In this document: positions 37,260-48,650 of the stretch, piece after piece
Numbering within the stretch: the stretch's first letter is position 1
How the letters are laid out: every line of letters starts with the position of its first letter
NCBI GenBank assembly: GCA_964106645.2
Contig: OZ078259.1
Direction: 5' to 3' (one strand)
DNA length: 64,000 nt
Source: Podarcis pityusensis
Lineage: Eukaryota
The notes under the pieces: generated by a model
Database searches by the model: none
Told to the model about the DNA's origin: nothing
Seen by the model: only the letters and a program-made list of their open reading frames with translations
Translations under genes and position numbers: made by a program

Positions 37260-38450
37260 AAAACACAACACACCCCGAGAGAAAAGCGAGGAAACAGAGC
37301 GCGACGCGACAGGAGACAAACCAAGGCGCTCGCTGAAGCCGCCTGGACGAGGAAGCGGCGCTGCTTCCAGCCGAGCGGAGCCAGGCGCGCAGCAGCGGCA
37401 GCAAGGCAAGCGGCGGGCGCACGGGGGGCCTGGGCTGGTGGAGAGGCGAGCTTCTCCCCGCCCGCCGTTCCTTTGTGCGAGCGCGGGCCGGAGGAAAGCG
37501 GGATCGCTCGCCCTTCTCCCCGCTTCGAAAGATGGCGGGCAAGGAGGGAGGGAGTCCGGCGCAGAACGAGGGCGCACGGAGCCCTCCTTGCGTCTGCGGC
37601 AGGGCAGCCGCGCGCTCGCCCTTTTGTTACACTGTTGCCAGCAGAGGAAGCGCAAAAAGGAAACGCCGGAGCGGCGCGCTTGGAGAAGGGAAAGGAGCCT
37701 TTGTGTGCGCGATTTTGCCTCCGCCCTCCGCGGCCTGCTCTCTTCTTCTTCTTCTTCTCCTTCTCCACCACCACCAAACCAAAGAAGCCCCCCCCCCCCC
37801 CAGAAGCGCGTCTAGCTTGCTTACTCGGGCCGGCCGGGCTTTTTCTTCCTTCTCCTCCTCCTCCTCCTCCACCACCACCTCCTCTGGCGGCTGCTGCCGA
37901 TAGGGCTCGACTGATTCCCCCCTCCTTCCACTACCACCACCTTTTTTTTCTAGTTCTCTCCAAAGCAAGTAAAGAATTGATGTGCTACGAGCTACAGAGA
38001 GAGAGTCTTTTCAGTGCTAGCCAGGCGCTCTGCTCATGCGTCCCCGCCGCGGGGGCCGCTGGGTAACGTAGTTTGCTGGACCAGCTTGGGAAAGGTGCTC
38101 CGCCCCGGTCAAGACTACAAATCCCAGCCTGGAGCACAGGCTCCTTTCTTTCTTTGCGCCCTCCTTTTTTCTCTCCCCCCCCCCACCGGTATGGACCAGA
38201 AAGCGGAGGAGGATCAAGCTTGCGAAGGTTTCACATGCGTCTGTATGTGTACACACAAACACAGGAGAAACATGGGTGGGGGGAGGTGCAAAAATGTGTT
38301 TCCCCATTATTTCTTTTTTGAGGAGGGGGTGTCCAGGGGGGCAGGCATTTCCAAGAGGAGAAAGTCTGCCGCCCGGGTCTTCCTCCATGCAAATGCATCT
38401 CTCCCGCCTCATTTTGCTTTTTTAGACTAGGAAAAGGCGCGAGGGGCGTG
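37260..38450 (-). promoter_or_regulatory. CpG island / BRD3 promoter
   Basis: CpG-dense; ZNF143/THAP11-type ACTACAAATCCCAGC at 38114-38128 and a reverse variant at 38058-38072; GC boxes; octamer ATGCAAAT at 38387-38394. Confidence 0.8.
37825..37960 (-). other. BRD3: BRD3 non-coding exon 1 (5' end approximate)
   Basis: Donor ccga|GTAAGC at 37824 inside the CpG island; GGA-rich leader. Confidence 0.55.
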
Positions 38451-39327
38451 ATACAGCTCTTCTCTTTCAGACTTTCTCGTTTTTGCTTCCTAAAGACTTA
38501 CCAAACCGGCAATAATTTGTAGTAGTAGTGCTGTTATTATTCCTGACTTAATTATCGTCACGGATTTGCATTTGAATCCTTTCCAAAGGTATCTGGCATA
38601 TTCCTGGCTGGCCGGGGATATATTAAATCCAAAACACCTAATATATATTGATTCCTGAAGACGTAAGGCTGGTAGAAAATATTGTTAATAGTACTATTAT
38701 TACTGATATTATTATTACTGGTTTGCATTTGAATCATGTCCAAAGGAGTCAGCATTCCTGGCTCGATCATACATATTGTAAATGCAGAACACAGCACGTA
38801 TATTTTTCTCCTAAAAACTTACAAACTGATTGATAATATTATTACCAGTTATTATTACTAATTTTTTTTTTAACAACAATTTGCATTTGTATGATTTCCA
38901 AAGGGTATGTGCATTCCTGATAGGCCAGAAATATTATAAATGCAGAACGCTGCATGCTTGTTTTATTTATTTATTAATTGTGTTTTGCTGGATCTTTCAA
39001 TCATTCAGAAACAAACAAAAACTAAACAAACAATCATATCCATAAGAAAAATAAAGAAAAGTTTTTAAAAATGAAACTGACTAAATAAAATAAATAACAA
39101 AGTATTCCCATCAAAGTATATGGAGTTAAGTGTTCTTGGGCTTTATTGTATCACTATATAAAGAAAAAGGTCATTTTTATTTTCCTCAAAGCAATCAGTT
39201 CTGTTTGCACACTCTTACCTGAATAAGACTAGCCATTTTCATTTATTTCTCAGACAACTCATTTTATATTAAAGTATTTCTGTAGTGCTATATTATCCTA
39301 CAGCGCCACGTTATGAAATAGCTGTTG

Positions 39328-39328
<1 letters not shown>

Positions 39329-39360
<32 letters not shown>
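39329..39360. repeat. (TG)n microsatellite; others (CA)n 10643-10674 and 57568-57594, (TG)n 24228-24261, (TTA)n 31615-31646
   Basis: Seen directly. Confidence 0.9.
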
Positions 39361-39363
<3 letters not shown>

Positions 39364-39836
39364 TCCCGGGTGCCAAGGGGCAAGTGCTTTTTGGTGAGAG
39401 AACCCCAGCAAAGATTGAAAGAGTCAAAATATGCAGCAAAGTGAAGCTTGGAATTATAAACTGTTAGGGCTTTACAATATGCCCTTCTAAGTGAGTTCCA
39501 ATATTTCCCCATTCAAAGTTCCTTACAGACATTTGGAAAGAAAGATGGCGGACTAGACACCTGTCAACAGCTTGTTGACAGAGATAATTATGTCATGATT
39601 AATGATAGCCAAGCCATAAATCTTGGCGATCATATTTGCTCTGGAAAAGCAGAGGGAACAAGAGATCAAGCTCTGATGCTCTGAAAAGGTAGCTTTCCAT
39701 GCTGGGAGACCAAGAAGCTTCGGGGAACCCAATGGGGGCAAGTGACATAGAGCCAAGGAACCTTCCTCTTGCCCAAACATAATATTACTTAATATCAGCC
39801 CTTAGGGTATATGGTCAACAAAGCCTTCCTTTCTCT

Positions 39837-40089
39837 CTCTTTTTTTAACTAACCTTTTTATTCAGAATTAAAAGAAAACATTATCCAGAAACATATCATC
39901 CTTATTCCCCTCCCATTTTTCCTCCCTCCCCCCTCCCCCCACAGAAACCACCCACCCCACCCCCGACTTCCCTCAGTTCCAGTCTTTCTCTAAAAATGCT
40001 GTTTTCTGCATGTTACACAGTTGTATAGATCGTCAAACTATTTAGCTGATTATTATCAATAAAAAGTTTGTGAATGTTTATTCAAAGCG
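39837..40089 (-). mobile_element. L1-type 3' end insertion
   Basis: Poly-A and AATAAA on minus; 19-bp TSD ACAAAGCCTTCCTTTCTCT (39818-39836, 40090-40108). Confidence 0.8.
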
Positions 40090-40109
40090 ACAAAGCCTTC
40101 CTTTCTCTA

Positions 40110-41080
40110 ATTACTTTTGAGACTGTTATAAATCATACGTACGCTGGTTGAAATTTGCATCTGGAGTGAAAGAAGAAGTTAAATGTGGTAGAAGAATTAT
40201 TACACCCTTCGGACAATTAGTGAAAGGATATAAGACAGATAGGGCCAAAATAGTTTCAAAATTGCATAAGGTGTTATTAGACAAGGAGAAATCACCAAAG
40301 AAAAGTTTGAAAGAATATTGGAAGTTAGAAATTCAGGAACAGATTTTAGATGAAGAATAGGAAAGAATCTTTCAGCAACCACCCTTTGTTGCGACCTCTA
40401 GGATAATCCAGGAACAGGGGTTGAAGTTGGTACAAAAATGGTATTATACACCTGTAAGGTTATATCATATTACAAAATCTGGACGTAAGAATTGTTGGAG
40501 GAAATGTGGAGTGATGGGAACGTACAGTCATATGTGGTGGGATTGTCCATTAGTTAATGAATTTTGGGAACAGATTGGTATAGAAATATCGGGAATTGTG
40601 GGTAGGAAGGTGGGAATATCTAAATTAATGGTTCTTATTTGTCTGAGTAGCACCGAGTTAAAAACAAAAGAGGAATGTAAATGGGTAAAATTGATGGTAA
40701 CTGCAGCCAGACAGGTTATAGCGAGTAATTGGAAAAATGCAGAAGAGCTAGGGGTGAACCAATGGAGGAAGAAAACTGAATAATATTATAATTTTAGAAT
40801 ATCTAACTGTGAAGATCCACAGAATGAAAGGGTTTAAGGTCAGTGAGAAAGAGGAGGATTGGTTTGAGAAGATACTGAATTATTTGGGTAGGTTTGAACA
40901 ATTTGGGGCAATTAAAATGTTAAAAGTTAAATAAACCTTGTGGATGGAGGAGTGTTAAAATATATAAAATTGTACATACGGTTGATTTGAATATGTTATT
41001 ATTGATTATGTGTACCCAATGTATCAGCTGCCTGGGAGGTTTCACTGTTTGTGTTTTGGTTGATGGTAAAAAATAAAAAG
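40110..41080 (+). mobile_element. L1-type LINE ORF2 3' fragment
   Basis: KWYYTPVRLYHITKSGRKNCWRKCGVMGTYSHMWWDCP CCHC region with stops; AATAAA and A-rich end. Confidence 0.85.
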
Positions 41081-41637
41081 GGCGGGGGGGGGGGGGGAGA
41101 GAAGAGATTATCATTAAAAACTGAAAGCAAAACAAAAGGCACATTTCAATTGTTTGCAACTGAGAAAGATTCCAAGAAATGGCTAAGGGGTGTTCCAACA
41201 GTTAGAATTCTTTATTTTATTTTGATGAAAGTGCTCAGTTCTGGCACCTCTCAGGCGCCATTGCCACTCTTAAGAGAATGAGGGAGGTGTTCATGGTGAA
41301 TTCCGGCACCTCTTTTTCTATAAGAATAGCACTGCATACACCTGTCAGAAAAGTTGCAGGAACTGGAAAACTTAGCTTTGTTACAAAGTGGTAAACATTC
41401 TTAATTTATTGGTATAGGTCAGAACACAAGAGTGGCTGGTGAGAGCCATGTGGTTGAGCTAGAGCAATCAGCTTAAATCAGCTGGGTTTCTCAGGTAGAC
41501 TGGGGGTGGGGGACAATAGGACTGCTTACCTGTTTGTTCCCAAGGTAAAGGAAGTGACATAGCTAAGCCTGGCAGGACAGCTTACTCTGTGGTATTAACC
41601 AATTTATGCATTAATTAGACTTAAGTATGTTGGTTAT

Positions 41638-41991
41638 GGGATGCAGATGGCACTGTGGGTTAAACCACAGAGCCTAGGACTTGCTGATCAGAAGGTCAGC
41701 GGTTCGAATCCCCGCGACGGGGTGAGCTCCTGTTGCTCAGTCCCTGCTCCTGCCAACCTAGCAGGTCAAAAGCACGTCAAAGTGCAAGTAGATATATAGG
41801 TACCGCTCTGGCGGGAAGGTAAACGGTGTTTCCGTGCACTGCTCTGGTTCGCCAGAAGCGGCTTCGTCATGCTGGCCACATGACCCGGAAGCTGTACGCT
41901 GGCTCCCTCAGCCAATAAAGCGAGATGAGCGCCACAACCCCAGAGTCGGTCACGACTGGACCTAATGGTCAGGGGTCCCTTTACCTTTACC
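41638..41991 (+). mobile_element. Full-length Sauria SINE
   Basis: tRNA-like head with A/B boxes (GGTTCGAATCC), Sauria body, (ACCTTT)n tail; 12-bp TSD TATGTTGGTTAT at 41626-41637 and 41992-42003. Confidence 0.92.
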
Positions 41992-44659
41992 TATGTTGGT
42001 TATATGAGGCTGGTTATCCCACAACAATGAGACAATGTACAACGTTTAGAACATAAAAATTACACCATTAATTAAAAATAATAATAATACAGACATCCAT
42101 GAAACTAAATGCCTCCTTACAGGACTGAAGCCCTGATTCAGCAGTTCCTGGCAACACCTGCAGCTGAATTGGATCACCTAGCTGGAATGGTGAAGTCAAA
42201 GCTGGGCTGAGCTAGCCAGGGTGGGGTTAGTGCCAGCTTGTTGTGCCAGGGGTATCCCATGCCACTGAAGACACAATCGGGATTCAAGATGATCCTAACA
42301 GATTGGAGAACTGGGCCCAAACTAGCAAAATGAATTTTAATAGGGACAAATGTCAGGTTCAGCCCTTAGACAGGAAGAACCAGCCAGACAAAACTGAGAT
42401 AGGGGGACACCTGGCTTGCCAGTACTCTGCAATTCTATTATTCTATGTAGATATTTATCTGTTTAAAAAAAAATTGTACGAGAAATTCCTCTGACCAGGT
42501 AAACGTCTTCCTTATGCTACTCTGTAGATGGATAGCCCTTTCAATTTCAGTTCTCCTCCCTAATTTTCCAGTTTGCACATTTCCACATCAACTTGCATTA
42601 AAAAACGTCTTCGCAAAAAATCAGCTGCCTGTTCATGCATACACCTAATGTGCAATTTTTTGCAAGTAATTTACCTTAATATTTGCATATGCTATTTTCA
42701 CTGTGTGGATTTTGATATATATATATATATATGCACCTGGGGAGGGTGGGCACATAACATAGCCAGAGAATTGCATTGCAAAACATGGGGAAGTGTAAAT
42801 TTTTGAAGGACGGCTATATTTTGGTTCATGACTTGTTTGGGGAAGGATGAATTCATAAACTCATAGAACTGTAGCATTGGATGGGATTCCCAGAGAATCA
42901 TCTAGTCCAGCCCCCTGCAATGCAGGAATCACAGCCAGAGAATCACTGGCAGATGCCAATCCAACCTCTGCTTAAAAACCAGTGAAGAGGAGCGCACCAC
43001 CTTCCAAGGTAGTCCATTACAAGGTTGAACAGCTCTTCCCACCAGAAGAAATCTTACCATCAGAAAAGTTCTTCCTAATGTTTACTCGGAATTTCCATTT
43101 TTATCATTTGAATCCATGGGTACAGGTCCTCCCCTCCAGAGGAGCAGAAAACAAGATTGCTCCATCTTCTAGGGGAAATGTTATTGGTCAGGGATGTTGC
43201 AGCATACATACAGATCATCCTTTCTGAGTCTTGATGCCAAAGCAGAGAGAGGGATGTTTCCCAGGGGGGCATAAAAAACTCAAGGTCTAGTGGTGCCTGG
43301 AGTAAATAACTGCAGGTGTCTGGAAAATTAATGAGACACTTAATTGCATAAATGTGGGTTCCTGTCGAGAAAAGGACCAGGGAGGTTAATCAGGAGGATC
43401 CCAAGAAGTCTGGGACAGTGAATGAAGAGAGATAAACAGCTGTTGCCTGTTGTGTATGTGGCTTTGTTGTCATCTTCATCTGCCATTTGACCATTTTCTG
43501 TTCGCACAACCATCACTACTTTGCCTCTGCAGCGCTGCAATGCTTTAAGCAGTGTTATGTTACTTCAGAACTACCTAACCAGAGTAGACCATATAGTCCA
43601 GCGTCCCTTTTCCTACAGCAGCCAGGAGGGATGTGATGAAATATCTACAGTCTGTTGTTTGTCTCTGCAGATATATATAAAACGTTATTCACAACACATC
43701 GCTACAGTATGTTGCTTGAAAATCAAATCAAATTCTTCACTCAAAAAAAACCAAAAAACTTTCCACATATTACCACGAGATTGAAGGGGATTATAAACAT
43801 GATCTTCTTGATGCATATAACAAAATAAGGTTGCCATACAATTTAGAAAAGATAGGGCTTAAAATTTCCTTTGGTTGCGTAAATCTGATGTTCTGACAGA
43901 TAGCAAAAGCAACCCTGGACAGCTCAAACGACCATAATGTGAGTTTGTGGGAGGGTAGGTTGTATGCCTGAGTCCCTTAATTCCTGGATCCAACAAGGAT
44001 TGAATTGCTGTCAAGTTTCTTGGTATGTAATGGCCCTCAAAGTATGGGTCATTAAGGTAACAAAGGAAGTGGCTCTGTGCCAGAGGCAGAAAGGCAAAAG
44101 CCTGGGCTGAGGTGTGTGAGCCAGAAGCTAGAACCAAATAAGCCATGTGGGAGACACAGCCTGATCTATGTCTGGGTATACCAGTTTGTGGCTATGGGAG
44201 AAGCAAGACCCTCTTTGGATGCTAATGCTATGAGCCCCTCCATCGTAGGCTCAGGTTCTATACATGTGTAAAAAAGCTTCTCTCCCTGTGTCTTTAATTG
44301 ATGTGAGTCATTCTGGAAGACAATAATTGTCTGCAAAGCAGGATAATATTGTGGCACGCACACCACCCCGATCTCTGAGCAGTGTGAGGGGTTCCAGGCG
44401 CTTACACAGGGTATTTCATTGAAGCTAAATATTATGTGGGCTACAGTCTACTACTACATCGCATACATGAACTATTATCTTGAGGTGCAGGAATGCATTT
44501 ATTTATTTATTTATTTATTTATTCATTCATTCATTTACTCACTCATTCATAGAATACAAATCGTTAGGTATGGGTGTGAAATTTTAACTATAACACTGAT
44601 GCAAAATAATTAATACTTTATGCAATGTATAAAGTTAAGGAAAGCTTCTTCTGCCTCGC

Positions 44660-46130
44660 TCAGTTATACAAGCCTCGCCGCTTCTAATTCAGCCCCTGCC
44701 CTGAGAAGGACCGACACGTGTCTTTTTTTTTTTTTTTTTGCCTGCTTCCAACCCATTCGCACATTCAGGCGGCGAACAAAGACGTCGCTCCCCTTTAAGG
44801 CGTTTGGCGTCCGCGTTCCCATCCACGCCGCCTGCCTTTTTTGGTTCCTCTCGGCGCTCCGTAGCAGGCGCGCTCAGGTCAGCCTGCTCTCCTCGCCCTT
44901 CTAATCCCCGCCCCTTTTTAAGGTGGGCTTCGTCCGTTTTTGGAAAAAAAGAAGATCATTGTCCCTTTGCGGACACTATACCTTTAAGGGTGGGGCCTCC
45001 CTCCCTGGACTGCAACTCCCTTCACGCCTTGGTCGCTGCGCGTAAGGGGCGGGTCGATGGGAATTGTAGTCTGATAACGTCATCGCGGCGAAGCCGGCCC
45101 GTGGTAGGTGCGTAGAGCGCATGCGCTTGGGCCACCGCCGCCGCCGCCGCTGCTACCGTCTCTTTCCCTTGAGCTGCAGCCAGCGCGGGTGCCGTGAGTG
45201 GTGCGTCGCTTTTTCCCAGCCGGGTGCGTTTAGTGCGCCTGCGCGAGGCCCTCCTCCTCAAGAGAGAGCTGCTGCCGCGGCTTCTGCTGCTGCTGCTGCT
45301 GCTGCTGCTTCTCCCGCCGAGCGCTGAGGTGAAGGCGGCGGCGGCGAAAGCGGCGCCTCTAACCGCGCCTTAAGGTGAGTTCGACTTGTGAGGAGAAAAG
45401 CGGCGGCGGCACCTCCGCCTCGTTCGCGGAGAGAGCAACCGGATCGCTGAGGAGAGGAGGGGGCCGGGGAAGGGAAGCGGGGGGAGAGTCTGGGCCCGCA
45501 CCCTCCGCCTGTCCCTCGCTTCCTCGCGGGAAAAGCGCACGCGCGGGGGGGAGAGAGCTTCTCCTGCTGGAGCCCAGTAGCGATTCCTTCGGGGTGGGGA
45601 GATGCACGCTGGCGCCCCTGCACGCTTCTCCCGCCGTCCTTCCTGCCGCTGCTCCTTATGGGCCACCACGGTTAGGCTTCCCGGTGGCCACGATGCTCGG
45701 GCTCCTCTTCTAAGTAGTGCCACCGATGGCGAGGATGTCCCTCTCGAGAATGCTGGGTAGTGAGTGCCACCACACTCGTGGCGATGCTCCCAGTGAGGCT
45801 GCTGCTTAGCGCCTCCAGAAGTAATAACGCACCCGGTGGTGGCACAGGTATGGCGATGAGGTCATGGATGCCGGCATGCTTGAAGAGGGGGCTGTTAAGT
45901 AGAGCCCCCAATAGTAATAGTGGGTTGCATCCCACGAGGATCTGCTCAGAGCAGACCCATTGCCGTGAATGGGCCTAAGTTAATCATATGCAGAGTGCGC
46001 AGTGGCTCCCCTGCCCTTTCCTTGCGAGGAAGGGGATTCAGCAGCGTGGAGGGGGGGTTCCCTGGGTTGGGTTTGATGAAGTCCCGCAGGGACAGGTTGT
46101 GGAGGGAGGAGAGCCGAGGACTGGTAATGA
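44660..46130 (+). promoter_or_regulatory. CpG island / WDR5 promoter
   Basis: CpG-dense; TGGGAATTGTAGT (ZNF143/THAP11 motif, reverse) 45058-45070, NRF1 palindrome GCGCATGCGC 45117-45126, GC box GGGGCGGG near 45046. Confidence 0.82.
45130..45374 (+). other. WDR5: WDR5 non-coding exon 1 (5' end approximate)
   Basis: Consensus donor AAG|GTGAGT at 45374/45375 just downstream of the promoter motifs. Confidence 0.7.
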
Positions 46131-46461
46131 ATCCTTGAGGGACCCCAAAAGAAAGAGGGAAATTAGAGAATTCTAACCCCTCACCCAATTGAATATTGGA
46201 CAATTAGGAAGAAAAGTTGGACCATGTGGAAACAGAATCATGGAGTCCTACTGGGTCCTTTCATGCTGAGGTCTATGTTGTCCTCCCCTCCCTTTATTCT
46301 CACAACAGTACTGTAAGGTAGGTTAGGCTGAGAGGAAATAATAGAATCATAAAATTGGATTCGGAGTTGGAAGGCCATACAACTTCTGTTTAAAAACCTC
46401 CAACAAAGGAGAGTCCACCACCTTCCCAGGTAGTCTGTTCCACACCATGAAGCTTACTTTG

Positions 46462-46758
46462 TTTTTTAAATAATTTTTATTGATTTTTTTTCTCATAACA
46501 AATATCCAATATCCTAACTAAACATTCATTTTTCAATTTCCCCCCTCCCTATTGACTTCCCTCAGCTTCCTTGTTCTCTGTAAATAAGATTGTAAATGTT
46601 TATTTAAATCATGCCAACAAGTTGTTTTTGCAAATATATTGTAAAAGGTTCCCATTCTTTTTAAAAATCACCGTTGTCCTTTTCATACAGTTTGTCCGTT
46701 AACTTTGCTAACTCTGCATAATTCATAAACTTTTCTTGCCATTGTTCTTTTGATGGTA
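46462..46758 (-). mobile_element. L1-type 3' end insertion
   Basis: 16-bp TSD CATGAAGCTTACTTTG (46446-46461, 46759-46774); same family as 47600-48650. Confidence 0.82.
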
Positions 46759-47599
46759 CATGAAGCTTACTTTGGACTACATATACATAGGATCACACTG
46801 CTGATGACTTATCTGCCTGGGATTTGTGAGCTGTGATTTCTGCATTGCAGGGAATTGGACTAGATGATTCTTGGTGTCCCTTCCAACTACAGTTCTATGA
46901 TTCTATGTCCATTAATCCCAGTGGTCCTACTCTTGGATAGAACTACTGTTGAATAAAATCCAATTTTCATAATGAGACTGCTAAGGAACTACTAGTACTG
47001 GTATACGTCATTTTATTGCACTTTGCAGAGCAGTAGCGTTGCTTGGGTTCCTGTTGATTTGAAAGGGGAATGTGCAGGAAAACTTCCTGCTCGGTTGTGT
47101 TTAGGGCTATTGTGTGTGTTATCACAATTACCGTATATTCCATCTTTTCTACAGGGAGCTCCAAAGTGGTGTACGTGGTTCTTTCTGCCCACCTCCCTAT
47201 TCTGTCTGCACATCAACCTTGTCACGTAGGTCTGGCTGAGAGGCAGTGACTGGTCCCCAAGTTTGCAGCCAGGGAGCTTCATAGCTGAGTGGTGAATTTG
47301 AAGCTCTGAGGTTGCCCCAGCCCTCTTGGTAGGTTTGATCATTATTCCTTTACCTCAGTTTTTTCAGCTCATAAAAATGGGGCAGAGATGGAGGCATCTG
47401 TAAGGCATTTAGTTTACTCCAGAGCCTGTACTTGGGTAATATTAGCAGCAGTGGTGCATAAAGGGGGTGGGACTGGGGGCAGGGGCGGGCGGAACGTGTG
47501 TCTTGCAATGGAACCCCAGTGTAAGTGGTTCCTACAGGGAATCTGCAAGGGAGCCATGGACTCAAAAAAGGTTGAGAATCACTGGACCTCAGTATAGTG

Positions 47600-48069
47600 A
47601 ACATATTTTTTTTAAAAAAATAATTTTTATTAAGTTTCTTTTCTCATAACAAATAACAAACATACATTTTCCAATTTCCCCCCTCCCTGTTGACTTTCCT
47701 CAACTACCATTTCTGGTTTGTTACATCAAATGATACATTCTGCTGTTTGTATACTGTAATATGTTGTCACATTGTTAAAGTTCTTATTCTCTATAAATAA
47801 AGTTGTAAATGTTTATTTAAATCCAGCCAACAAGACAATTGAATTGTGCTGCTCAGAAACTGAAGGTCTGTTGAGTCATGTCAGAATGAGGGAGGGAGGG
47901 AGCCTCCGTGGGCAGAGGCAGTCTACCTGAGGAAAGGGGAGCGTTTGGTTGGTTGCTTGGTTTTATTCTCATTCTCATTGTGTATTTTGTGTTTTTATGC
48001 TGTGAACCGCCCTAAGATCTGCCAGGTGAAGGACGGTATAGAAATGTAATAAACAGAAACAGAATGTAG

Positions 48070-48124
<55 letters not shown>

Positions 48125-48290
48125 AAGACTAACCAACTAAAATACCAGATGAATAATAAGAATAATACGTAAACAATGACATAGTGATTGATGGGGGTTA
48201 TTATTGGGTTGTTTTATTTTGATTTTATATATTCTGATCTTTTTTGTGAACCGCCCTGAGACCTCCAGGTATAGGGCGGTATATAAATTC

Positions 48291-48327
<37 letters not shown>

Positions 48328-48650
48328 TTCTTCTTGTTGTTTCTGCAAATATATTGTAAAAGGTTCCCATTCTTTTTCAAAGTCACTATTGTCCTTTTCA
48401 CGCAATTTGTCCGTTAACTTTGCTATTTCTGCATAGCTCATCAACTTTTTTTGCCATTGTGCTTTTGATGGTACTTCTCCAGTCTTCCAGTTTTGAGCTA
48501 TTAAGATTCTTGCCGCTGTTGTAGCATACATAAATAGGTTCCGTTTTTCTTTTGGCAATTCTTGTCCTAAAATACCTAACAGAAAAGCTTCTAGTTTTTT
48601 AACAAATGTTATCTTAAACATTTAAAAAAATTCATTATATATCATTTCCC
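47600..48650 (-). mobile_element. L1-type 3' fragment interrupted by L2-type tails and microsatellites (about 47840-48325)
   Basis: EAFLLGILGQELPKEKRNLFMYATTAARILIAQNWKTGEVPSKAQWQKKL; (GT)n(GA)n 48071-48122, (AAT)n 48291-48327. Confidence 0.8.

Noticed and set aside
37147-38430. Many overlapping 110-197 aa ORFs in the BRD3 CpG island (also 44620-46200)
   Set aside because: Low-complexity Arg/Pro/Ala products expected from stop-poor GC-rich DNA; no domains recognised.
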